Below are positions 24,648 to 34,595 of a stretch of DNA of 64,000 nt, one piece after another. Position numbers and translations under genes: made by a program. Below the pieces are notes generated by a model. The model made no database searches. It saw only the letters and a list, made by a program, of their open reading frames with translations, and was not told the DNA's origin. Each line of letters opens with the position of its first letter. Position 1 is the first letter of the stretch. The stretch lies in contig DEIC01000011.1 of NCBI GenBank assembly GCA_002352285.1, forward strand, positions 480 through 64,479. The letters run 5' to 3'. Source of the stretch: Alphaproteobacteria bacterium UBA2784 (lineage in GTDB: Bacteria > Pseudomonadota > Alphaproteobacteria > Micropepsales > Micropepsaceae).

Positions 24648-25853
24648 TCACGGCCCGTTCAGCACAAAGCGGCGGCTGCCAGTCAGTGTGCGGTTGCCGA
24701 TTTTGTCGTCCTGCGTGCCTTTCAGCACGGCAACGATATCGTCGCGCACGGCAGCAAATTGCCGGTAATATTGATGCCCCTGCATCTCGTCGCCGAAATT
24801 GACGGCTTTGGAGACATCAACGCTGCGCACCTTGTCGCTGATCGTCGGCATGTTTTCCGGCCCGTCCGTGCCCAGGCGCGGCCCGTTGAACTTCGTATAT
24901 TTGGAAAGCCGCGAGAGGATCCAGTCCTCGCGCGTATGATAGACCGTGACGCGTGACGCGATGCGCGGCATCAGCTTGAACTTGTCGCTGTCGCTGAAGG
25001 CGTCTTCGTCCTCGTCAGCCGCCGCCAGAATGATCTCGTCAAAGAAGCCGCGCAGCCGCGCCGCCGCTGGCGTGGATGTTGGCATCGCCGCCATGATGGC
25101 GGCCGCCTGCGCCGACTGCTGGTCCTCGGCAAGGGCGGGCGCAGGCGGCACGATATTGGGCGCATGCATCAGCGCCTGAATGCCATGACGCAGCGCGAAA
25201 TTTCCCATCGAGTGCGCCACAAGATGCAGCTTCTGGCGGCACCATTCATCCTCCGGCATGTTGTCCATGTAGCGCAGCAGAATGCGCAGCGTGCGCGCCA
25301 TGGCATCGCCGGAGCGTTCGGCATTGGTGCGGTCGTGGATGTAATCGACGACAGGCACCATGATGCCGGACTCGCGGCCTTTGGAAGGCCAGGTGAACGC
25401 AAACATGTTCGGACGGAAATCAGCCGTCGTATAGAACGCGCCGATCATGCCGGCGCGCTCAATCGCCTGCCAGAATGAATTGGCAAAGCCATGCACAAAC
25501 GCAATGGCGGGGCTGGCGATTTTTGCCTTGTCGCATTCGCGCATGTGGTCGCGCATTTCGTCAAACATCAGACGGCTGCCGACCTTGGGATTGAAGTCCC
25601 TGTCTTTCACTGTCGCCGTCAGCGTTTCCGGCGCGACGTAAAGCGACTTGTGGTCGGCCTTCACATCCCAGTCGCTGGGGAATTGCCCCTTCCTGGTGAT
25701 GCGCACAAAGGCCTTGCCGAACCGCACCGCCTTGCCGTCGATTGGCCCCAGATCATCGCCGAAATCGGCAATGACGTCGGATCCCTTCGCCTTCAGCAGC
25801 GGGTTGCGGTTGGTGGCGAACCAGACGGGCACTTCGACGGTTTCATTGGCCAT
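24648..25853 (-). CDS. DUF900-type alpha/beta hydrolase (esterase/lipase-like)
   Basis: VPVWFATNRNP N-terminal block, AFVHGFANSF, nucleophile elbow LVAHSMGNF. AGGAG SD 5 nt before ATG 25853. Confidence 0.75.
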   Translation of the reverse strand: MANETVEVPVWFATNRNPLLKAKGSDVIADFGDDLGPIDGKAVRFGKAFVRITRKGQFPSDWDVKADHKSLYVAPETLTATVKDRDFNPKVGSRLMFDEMRDHMRECDKAKIASPAIAFVHGFANSFWQAIERAGMIGAFYTTADFRPNMFAFTWPSKGRESGIMVPVVDYIHDRTNAERSGDAMARTLRILLRYMDNMPEDEWCRQKLHLVAHSMGNFALRHGIQALMHAPNIVPPAPALAEDQQSAQAAAIMAAMPTSTPAAARLRGFFDEIILAAADEDEDAFSDSDKFKLMPRIASRVTVYHTREDWILSRLSKYTKFNGPRLGTDGPENMPTISDKVRSVDVSKAVNFGDEMQGHQYYRQFAAVRDDIVAVLKGTQDDKIGNRTLTGSRRFVLNGP

Positions 25854-25975
25854 GGCGTGCTCCTGTGCAAGCGGCAACTATGGCGAGCGCGGGGGAAGTC
25901 CGCAACTCTTGAGTGTGCAGCGCAACATGCGCCAGCGCCGACACACCTTCCATTGGCGCAGCCATGCGAGAAAAA

Positions 25976-25991
25976 TGTAGCATATGCTACA
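25976..25991. promoter_or_regulatory. perfect 16-bp palindrome TGTAGCATATGCTACA in the divergent hydrolase/LEH-like intergenic region
   Basis: The sequence equals its own reverse complement. It lies 123 bp upstream of the hydrolase ATG and 49-67 bp upstream of the LEH-like gene start (ATG 26040 or 26058). Confidence 0.5.
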
Positions 25992-26057
25992 GAAGTGGCT
26001 TACGCTCATGTGTCGAACGCAATCGGCCTGACCGGCCAAATGCAGGGAAACTTGAAG

Positions 26058-26432
26058 ATGTCGGCTCAAACCCCAACGGCTACCGTCAAAGCGTTCCTCG
26101 CCGCGATGGAAAAAAAGGACTACGCGCGCGGCTTGCAGAATGTCGCAGAGGATTGCGAGTACACAAACATGCCAGCAGGAATGGGCACAGTGCGGGGGCA
26201 TGCCGGCATACGTCAGGTGCTTGAGCCGTTCTTTGGCCCGACGCTCGAGAACGAGTTTGTCATTCTGCGCGAGAGTACAACTGGCCCCATTGTCTTCATG
26301 GAGCGGCGGGACCGCCATCGCCTCAAGGATCGGTGGGTCGAGTTGCCGGTGACGGGTGTCTTTGAAGTGCACGGCGGCAAGATTACGGTCTGGCGCGACT
26401 ATTTTGATATCCAGACCCTCTTTGCGGCTTGA
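26058..26432 (+). CDS. SnoaL/limonene-1,2-epoxide hydrolase-like NTF2-fold protein (alternative ATG at 26040)
   Basis: TVKAFLAAMEKKDY ... GKITVWRDYFD pattern of LEH/SnoaL proteins. The long N-terminal extension of the called ORF is antisense to the hydrolase gene. Confidence 0.7.
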   Translation: MSAQTPTATVKAFLAAMEKKDYARGLQNVAEDCEYTNMPAGMGTVRGHAGIRQVLEPFFGPTLENEFVILRESTTGPIVFMERRDRHRLKDRWVELPVTGVFEVHGGKITVWRDYFDIQTLFAA

Positions 26433-26487
26433 CCGGAACTTGCAAGCGGCCGCGCCACACGCTGACGCCGCCGATTCGACCAGACAA

Positions 26488-26515
26488 AAAGGCCCGGGGT
26501 CGCCCCCGGGCCTTT
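26488..26515. terminator. bidirectional rho-independent terminator (groEL and LEH-like gene)
   Basis: AAAGGCCCGGGG-TCGC-CCCCGGGCCTTT perfect stem, with A/T tracts on both sides. Confidence 0.8.
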
Positions 26516-26540
26516 GCCGTTTCGCGTGAGAGCGAAGGAC

Positions 26541-28545
<2,005 letters not shown>

Positions 28546-28591
28546 GTCAGCTCTCCGGATTGTGTTGTATTTCAATGGGTTAGATATGTCG

Positions 28592-28618
28592 TTAGCACTC
28601 ACCGATGGCGAGTGATAA
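28592..28618. promoter_or_regulatory. CIRCE (HrcA operator) upstream of groES
   Basis: TTAGCACTC-N9-GAGTGATAA matches the consensus TTAGCACTC-N9-GAGTGCTAA with one mismatch. Upstream on the minus strand are TTGACG (28653-28658) and, after 17 nt, TACATG (28630-28635). Confidence 0.85.
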
Positions 28619-28690
28619 CGCCCGCGCGGCATGTAGGCGCTTGGGCGGACAACGTCAATGGGGTGGAAGAGGGATTCTGTGCAGAAGTCC

Positions 28691-28835
28691 GACCTCCTCC
28701 GCCTTCGCGGGGGAGGTCGCGAGCGATTGCGAGCGGGTGGGGGATTCCGACGCCGGACAAAGGCCCCCACCCGGATTTGGGTTCGCGCCGCTCACCCAAA
28801 CCCGACCTCCCCCGCAACGAGTTGCGGAGGAGGTC
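28691..28835 (+). repeat. five-hairpin intergenic repeat, subfamily 2
   Basis: GACCTCCTCCGC-CTTC-GCGGGGGAGGTC ... GGGTGGGGG-loop-CCCCCACCC ... GGATTTGGGT...ACCCAAACCC ... GACCTCCCCCGCAA-CGAG-TTGCGGAGGAGGTC. Confidence 0.85.
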
Positions 28836-28875
28836 GAAGTATGGAGTTCGTATCAGGGATCCCGAAAGCCCCCCC

Positions 28876-30015
28876 CTACGCCCCGCGCCCCCGCGCCTCA
28901 ATCGGCCAAAGGGCGACCAGCCGATCCCCCTCGACCACGTGGAAAACGTCATAAAGATTGACGGTCGGGTCGCAATGCGGCGGGTGGCAGAGGATTTTGG
29001 CCCCATGCGAAAGCGCAGCGCCCGGCGGCAGGATGACGCCGCCCTGTTCGTCGCCGAAGAAGAAATATTTTGAGCCCTCCGGCGCGCCAGATGCGATCAC
29101 CGGCGCCCCCGCCTCGGTCGCAAAGGCTTTCAGGCCCGCATCCGTTGTCACAAGCCCGGGTACATTGGCGCTGATGACGCTTGTCATCACCTGCATCGCC
29201 GCTTCAAAGGGCGGGCGCGCGCCGCTCTTCGTCCAGACCTCGGCATATTGGCGGTCCATCACCGCGTACGAGCCCGCCTGCAATTCAGTGAACACGCGCG
29301 CCTCGCCATCAATGTCGAACGTGCCGGTGCCGCCGCCAGAGACGATCTCGGCCAACAGACCCTGCACCGCCAGCCGGTCGCGCACTTCACGCAAGAGGCC
29401 AAGCGACGCCAGCGACTTTTCGCGCCGCTCAGCCTGATCCTCAATGTGCTGCACCTGACCGGCATAGCCCTGCAGCCCGCGCCAGATCAGGTTTGCGTCA
29501 TTGGCAATCTGCGCCGAAAGCGCCACTGCGCCATCGGGTGATGCGCCGGTGCGCGACAAGCCGACATTCACATCGACCAGCACATTCACCTTCACGCCCG
29601 CTTTGGCGGCAGCCGCAGACAGGGCACGCGCGACTTCAGGATGATCGACGACCGCCATTGTATCGGGCGTACGCTTCATCAGCGCACAAAGCCGCTCATG
29701 GCCGCGTGGCGTCACGACAGGCGAGGTGATGAGCAGCCCCCGGATTCCTTCATCGGCCAGCACCTCGGCCTCGCCCAGCTTGGCCACGCACACGCCCAGT
29801 GCGCCATGGGCAATCTGGCGGCGGGCGATCTCGGCGCATTTATGCGTCTTGGCATGCGGGCGCAGCTTCATGCCCGCTGCCTTGGCCGCCTTGGCCATGG
29901 CGGCGAGATTGCGCTCCAGCGCATCAAGCTCAATGACGAGCGCAGGTGTCTCGATCAGGTCGCGTCCGCCCGCTACCCCGATCAGCGCTGCATTGGGAAA
30001 TCCGGTCTTTGTCAT
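28876..30015 (-). CDS. DSD1-family PLP enzyme (D-threonine aldolase / D-serine dehydratase-like, alanine racemase N-terminal fold)
   Basis: LRPHAKTHKCAEIARRQIAHGALGVCVAKLGEAEVL (PLP-Lys block). C-terminal ...HPPHCDPTVNLYD typical of this family. Confidence 0.75.
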   Translation of the reverse strand: MTKTGFPNAALIGVAGGRDLIETPALVIELDALERNLAAMAKAAKAAGMKLRPHAKTHKCAEIARRQIAHGALGVCVAKLGEAEVLADEGIRGLLITSPVVTPRGHERLCALMKRTPDTMAVVDHPEVARALSAAAAKAGVKVNVLVDVNVGLSRTGASPDGAVALSAQIANDANLIWRGLQGYAGQVQHIEDQAERREKSLASLGLLREVRDRLAVQGLLAEIVSGGGTGTFDIDGEARVFTELQAGSYAVMDRQYAEVWTKSGARPPFEAAMQVMTSVISANVPGLVTTDAGLKAFATEAGAPVIASGAPEGSKYFFFGDEQGGVILPPGAALSHGAKILCHPPHCDPTVNLYDVFHVVEGDRLVALWPIEARGRGA

Positions 30016-30065
30016 GATCTAACGATTGCGGGAAAGCGCGTTCCACAGCAAGCTCAAACCTCGAC

Positions 30066-31103
30066 ATGAACCGGCAGGCGCTCATGGCCAGCACAGCAGA
30101 CATTTTTGATCGCAGCGCCCCCAAACCGGCTTGGGCGCTGTGGTGGATCGCGGCCATGGCGGTGGCCATCGTGGCGGTGACGACGGCGCCGCTGGCCGCC
30201 TATGTGGTGCTGATCGCGCTGTTCGGCCTGCCGCATGTGCTGACCGAACTGCGCTATTGCGACGAGCGGTTCTCGCCCCGGATCGATGTGCGCCTCATCT
30301 GGGCGATGGGGCTGGTTGTCGGGCTGATTGCGCTGGGCCGCATGGCCGTGCCCCTGGGCTATATGCCTGCCAGTCTCACCATGCCGGTGGAACTGACGCT
30401 AGGAGCGATCCTTGCGGCGATTGCGCTTGTTGCCATGCGCCGGATGCGCGTGCTGGGCGCGCTGATTGCACTCGCACTCGGGCTGGGCGCGTATTTTGCG
30501 CCGCTCTCAACCTTTCTGGTGGTGGCGTGGGTGCATAATCTGACGCCCTTGGGCTTCATTGCCGAGATCACGGATGGGCCAGAGCGACGCCGCCTGCTGG
30601 GCGCGCTCACCATTCCCTTCTTCATCATGCCTGCGCTGATTGCGGCGGGTGGTCTCCTCTGGGTGCCGCAATTCTTCGCGCCCGCGCTCGATCACTTCAC
30701 GACGCTGTTTGGTGCGGGAACGTCGGTCCTGATGTCATTCCTGCCGCCGGGCATGGACCGCGCCGCCGCCGTGCCGCTGTTTCAGGCCGCCGTGTTCTCG
30801 CAGGTGATGCACTATTTTGCGGTCATCCTCTTCATGCCGTGGCTGTTGAAGGAAAAGGGTGGCGCAACCGGCAAGCCGGTCGTGCCCTGGCCGCGCTGGC
30901 CGGTCTATTTCGTGGCGGTCGGCATCGCTTCCCTGTTCAGCTTCGGATTCTATGCGATTGCCTATACGGATGCGCGCGCGGCCTATGGCGCGGCGGCCGC
31001 TGTGCATACATGGATCGAACTGCCGCTGTTCCTATTGGCGTTGGGCTATGCGCTCAATCCAGCGCGCGCATCAGGAAGCCTGCGCCGACCGACGCCGCAT
31101 TGA
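30066..31103 (+). CDS. polytopic membrane protein, hypothetical, with four intramembrane His
   Basis: 345 aa with 8 or more hydrophobic helices. His residues in GLPHV, WVHNL, VMHYF and AVHTW. Confidence 0.55.
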   Translation: MNRQALMASTADIFDRSAPKPAWALWWIAAMAVAIVAVTTAPLAAYVVLIALFGLPHVLTELRYCDERFSPRIDVRLIWAMGLVVGLIALGRMAVPLGYMPASLTMPVELTLGAILAAIALVAMRRMRVLGALIALALGLGAYFAPLSTFLVVAWVHNLTPLGFIAEITDGPERRRLLGALTIPFFIMPALIAAGGLLWVPQFFAPALDHFTTLFGAGTSVLMSFLPPGMDRAAAVPLFQAAVFSQVMHYFAVILFMPWLLKEKGGATGKPVVPWPRWPVYFVAVGIASLFSFGFYAIAYTDARAAYGAAAAVHTWIELPLFLLALGYALNPARASGSLRRPTPH

Positions 31104-31395
31104 CGAGAAGCGAGATCAGGAATGCCCGCCACCACGAAACGAATGTGGCAAGGCGATAGACCAGCATTTCGCCCAGCACGGCATAGGCCTCAACCACGCC
31201 ATAGGACCAAAGCTTGAGGTGCGGCCACAGCGCATAGAAGGCGGGCCAGACGACGGGGTGGGTGATTGCACTCCCCAGCATGGCGGCGATCATCGCCCGC
31301 TCGCGCGACGCGCCGAACAAGGGGGCGAGCAGGAAGGCAACAAACCCCTCCACCCCCAGCGTCAGACCGAAAGCAATCAATTGCTCAAGCGACAT
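31054..31395 (-). CDS. small membrane protein, hypothetical
   Basis: 113 aa from MSLEQL with 3-4 hydrophobic helices and GC-rich third codon positions. Its 3' end overlaps the convergent gene by 50 nt. Confidence 0.45.
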   Translation of the reverse strand: MSLEQLIAFGLTLGVEGFVAFLLAPLFGASRERAMIAAMLGSAITHPVVWPAFYALWPHLKLWSYGVVEAYAVLGEMLVYRLATFVSWWRAFLISLLVNAASVGAGFLMRALD

Positions 31396-31417
31396 GGCTC
31401 GTCCATGATCCAGCATC

Positions 31418-32452
31418 ATGAAAATCTTCTACACCACTGCCCATCATCATCACGACCCGCTTTTCGAGTTCGAGGGTGGCCGCTTCATCCCCGCCCATGA
31501 ACGCGCCAGCCGTGGCGAGATCATCAAGGCGGCGCTGACATCGCGCAAGCTCGGCAATCTCGCTTTGCCGCGCCATTTCGGCAATGAGCCGATCCTGCGC
31601 ATCCACTCGCCCGAGTATGTGGACTTTATGGCCTCTGCCTTCACCCGCTGGCAGGAACGCCATGGAAAGGATGCACCCCCCGCCTTCCCCAGCGTATGGC
31701 CGGGCCGCTCGCTGCGCCCGCGCGTGCATACCGATGGTGAAGCGGTCCTGGGTCACTACACCTTTGATATGGGCACGCCCATTCTGGCGGGCACATTCAA
31801 TGCGGCGCGCGCCGCCATCGATGTCGCGTTGTCGGCAGCGCACGATGTGCTGTCGGGGGCGCGGGTGTCCTTCGCCCTCACACGCCCGCCCGGCCATCAC
31901 GCGGCGGGCGATCTTTATGGCGGCTATTGCTTCTTCAACAATGCGGCGCTTGCCGCCCAGATGCTGACGGATGCGCGTCGCCGCGTGGCCGTTCTTGATG
32001 TGGACATGCATCACGGCAACGGCACGCAGACGATTTTCTATGAGCGCGCCGATGTGCTGACCGTGTCGCTGCATGGCGACCCGGCGCACGTCTATCCGTA
32101 TTTCCTCGGCAACGCCGACGAGACGGGAAGCGGCGCAGGCGAGGGCTTCAATCTCAATCTGCCGCTCGCCCCGAAAACGGACTGGAGCGACTACGGTGCG
32201 GCCCTCGATCAGGCGATTGCGCGCATCCGCAACTTTGGTGCTGACACGCTGGTGTTGCCGCTGGGCGTTGATACGGTCACAGGCGATCCCACCGGCGCCT
32301 TCCGGCTGGAGGGTGACGACTTCCTGCGGCTGGGCGAAAAGATCGGCGCGCTCGGCCTGCCCGTCGTCATTACGATGGAGGGCGGCTATCGCCTCGACGT
32401 GCTGGGCCAGAATGTTGCCGATGTGGTGGATGGCATCCGCCAGAAGCTGTGA
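31418..32452 (+). CDS. histone deacetylase family protein (acetylpolyamine/acetoin-utilisation type amidohydrolase)
   Basis: RPPGHHA, DMHHGNGTQ, EGGY blocks. Confidence 0.85.
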   Translation: MKIFYTTAHHHHDPLFEFEGGRFIPAHERASRGEIIKAALTSRKLGNLALPRHFGNEPILRIHSPEYVDFMASAFTRWQERHGKDAPPAFPSVWPGRSLRPRVHTDGEAVLGHYTFDMGTPILAGTFNAARAAIDVALSAAHDVLSGARVSFALTRPPGHHAAGDLYGGYCFFNNAALAAQMLTDARRRVAVLDVDMHHGNGTQTIFYERADVLTVSLHGDPAHVYPYFLGNADETGSGAGEGFNLNLPLAPKTDWSDYGAALDQAIARIRNFGADTLVLPLGVDTVTGDPTGAFRLEGDDFLRLGEKIGALGLPVVITMEGGYRLDVLGQNVADVVDGIRQKL

Positions 32453-32455
32453 GGC

Positions 32456-32887
32456 TTACGGGCAGCGCCGGAAAATTTGGGCGGCCCCGCCATCAAGCGG
32501 CGCCAGCCGGAAGAGATTTTCGTTTTCCATCGTTACTTCATCGCGCCGCCCCGGCCGCGTCATCACCACGCGGCCATCTTCGCTGGCAATCGAGACGATG
32601 AAAGGGCCGTCGAGCGCACGTCCGCCGCTGGCGCTGCGCCGCGTGACAGTCATGCGGATGAGATCGCGCGACGCCCGCTCGATCTCCACCAGATGACCAC
32701 CAGCTGAAAGCACGGTGTCAACAGGGGCGCACGAAACGTCGCCCGGAATGTCTGCCGGATCTGCGCGCCACTTTCCGGCATAGGATTGCGTATCAAGCGG
32801 ATCGAAGGCGAAGGCTGGCACCGCAACCGCCGCAAAAAGAAAAAGGGCAGCGCCGGACGCAATGCCCGTGCGCTGCCCCTTTTTCAT
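32456..32887 (-). CDS. secreted hypothetical protein
   Basis: Signal peptide MKKGQRTGIASGAALFLFAAVAVPAFA; no domain recognised. Confidence 0.5.
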   Translation of the reverse strand: MKKGQRTGIASGAALFLFAAVAVPAFAFDPLDTQSYAGKWRADPADIPGDVSCAPVDTVLSAGGHLVEIERASRDLIRMTVTRRSASGGRALDGPFIVSIASEDGRVVMTRPGRRDEVTMENENLFRLAPLDGGAAQIFRRCP

Positions 32888-32898
32888 TGCAGGACTGC

Positions 32899-33186
32899 TC
32901 AGCCGCCGAACATCGCGTTGCAGGCCGACATCGTGGCCGCATCAACTTCGCCGACCGTCATGCCCTTGAGGCCTTCAACGACCGCCGGGATTTCGTTGTC
33001 GGGCAGGCCCTCGGCCTTAAGCTCTGCAACGAAGGCGGCTTCGGCAGCAGCGGCCTTTTCGGCATCGCCGCTGGAATTGAAAGCCATCAGGCACGTGCCG
33101 GCGTCAACTTCCTGCGCAAGCGCGAACGGCGCTGAAAGCGTGGCAGCAACAAGACCGGCAGCAAGAACCGAAAGCGGACGAAACAT
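32899..33186 (-). CDS. small secreted hypothetical protein (95 aa, Ala/Glu-rich)
   Basis: Signal peptide MFRPLSVLAAGLVAATLSAPFALA. Confidence 0.45.
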   Translation of the reverse strand: MFRPLSVLAAGLVAATLSAPFALAQEVDAGTCLMAFNSSGDAEKAAAAEAAFVAELKAEGLPDNEIPAVVEGLKGMTVGEVDAATMSACNAMFGG

Positions 33187-33400
33187 GTGTGGACCCTTCC
33201 TTTGGTAAGCCAGACCCGGACCACCCAGGCGAAAGCGGGTGGCCAGACGCTGACATCATCATGGCACATAAGCTGCGCGGGCTGAACCGGGCCTGAACAG
33301 GTCCGGCGTCATTTTGGAGGTTTGTCACAAGGACCGTCCCATGGCACGAATCGCGCGGTTGGCCCGTTCCGGGCAATCCGATTGGTCCTTTGGGGGAAAG

Positions 33401-33955
33401 ATGAACAAGTTTCTGAATGTGCTTCTGGGGGCGGGCCTGGCCGCGCTGGCTATTGCCGCGCCTGCCGCCGCCGATGAGGGTAACTGCAACGCCTCGGCTT
33501 CAACCGCCTGGACGCAAGCGGGTACGGGCTATGGGATCGAAGCCTTCTCGCATGGCAAGACGTGCCGTGACGCAGTGATCGGACTTTACGTCACTGCACC
33601 CGACGGCGTCGTCGTCTTTGTCGAGGCGTTCCCTGCCATGCAGATGATGCTGACAGTCAGCGTGCAGAACGCGGACGAGATGAGCAAAGCGCTGGCCGAA
33701 TGGATCACGCAGGAGGGCGCAACGCTCAAAATGACATCTGATCTTCCCGAATGGGCGCCTGGCCAGGAATTGCCCATGCTGGGCGACTTCGCCTTCATGC
33801 CTGCCGAGGCCTACGACGCTGAGTCCTACAATGTCGTGCGTGCCGAGAACCGTCCGCTGCTCTGCTATGTGCAGGGGATGGAAAGCATGATGTGCCAGGT
33901 GCTCGCGACCGAAGGCTATGTCTATCCCATCGGGGTTCAGACTTTCCCGGGATGA
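33401..33955 (+). CDS. secreted 4-Cys protein, paralogue family member P1
   Basis: Signal peptide. It aligns along its full length with 61331-61885 (shared CN.(R/S)AS(S/T)AW, LPEW, GDFAF, (L/I)CY(V/I)QGMES..C, GVQTFPG end). Confidence 0.65.
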   Translation: MNKFLNVLLGAGLAALAIAAPAAADEGNCNASASTAWTQAGTGYGIEAFSHGKTCRDAVIGLYVTAPDGVVVFVEAFPAMQMMLTVSVQNADEMSKALAEWITQEGATLKMTSDLPEWAPGQELPMLGDFAFMPAEAYDAESYNVVRAENRPLLCYVQGMESMMCQVLATEGYVYPIGVQTFPG

Positions 33956-34569
33956 GTGCGCCACCCAAGACGGTGCTGACGGCAACACCGGCGGAGGAAG
34001 ATTCCATCCGCCATGCCGTCCGACATGCTGATGTCAGCCTGCTGGGGCCGGGCCGTGTGATCGCAAATGCGGCGCATGTTCCGGCCCTTGTGCCTTTTCT
34101 GTCTGATCCCGCCGTCTCTGGCCCGATCTATGATCTGCCGCGCCCGGTCAATGCCGACACCGTGGCGCAATGGGTTGCGGCCTGCGAGGCGGAGCGCCAG
34201 CGCGGCGAGGGGCTTCTCGTGCTCACCATGTTTGACGGCGAGGTAGGCGGCTATTCCAAATTCACGCTCTGGCCGGATCGCGCATCGGGCGAGCTGGGCG
34301 GCGCGATGGCAGCGCATCTGCAGGGGCAGGGCGCAGGCATGCTGGGCATGATGGCCGGATTTGATTTTCTGTTCGATGTGCTGGGCGTGCGCCTCGTCGG
34401 CCTGACAGCAGCGCTCGACAATCACCGCTCGGCCCGCAACATCGACAAGGCAGGGTTCATGCGGATGGGCGAACGCGAGGCCGTGCGCGCCGATGGCACA
34501 ATCCGCCGCTCGATCTATTGGGAAATGACACGTGACAACTGGCACCGCCTGCGGCGGGGCGGAGTGTGA
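33952..34569 (+). CDS. GNAT family N-acetyltransferase
   Basis: RimJ/RimL-like pattern (GEVGGYSKFTLWP..., HLQGQGAG, NHRSARNIDKAGFMRMGE). Its ATG overlaps the upstream stop (ATGA). Confidence 0.75.
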   Translation: MSAPPKTVLTATPAEEDSIRHAVRHADVSLLGPGRVIANAAHVPALVPFLSDPAVSGPIYDLPRPVNADTVAQWVAACEAERQRGEGLLVLTMFDGEVGGYSKFTLWPDRASGELGGAMAAHLQGQGAGMLGMMAGFDFLFDVLGVRLVGLTAALDNHRSARNIDKAGFMRMGEREAVRADGTIRRSIYWEMTRDNWHRLRRGGV

Positions 34570-34595
34570 GAGGGCTGCGGCTTGCAGTATTCTTC

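Noticed and set aside
25491-26057. The 313-aa ORF 25491-26432, suggesting a large protein upstream of the LEH-like domain.
   Set aside because: Its first 190 codons are antisense to the DUF900 hydrolase gene and cross the intergenic palindrome. Only the C-terminal 124-130 aa show an NTF2/LEH-like pattern.
30066-31103. The idea that the four-His membrane protein is a Brp/Blh beta-carotene dioxygenase.
   Set aside because: Only the number of intramembrane His residues fits. I could not match the family's sequence blocks, and no rhodopsin or carotenoid genes are nearby. It is left as hypothetical.
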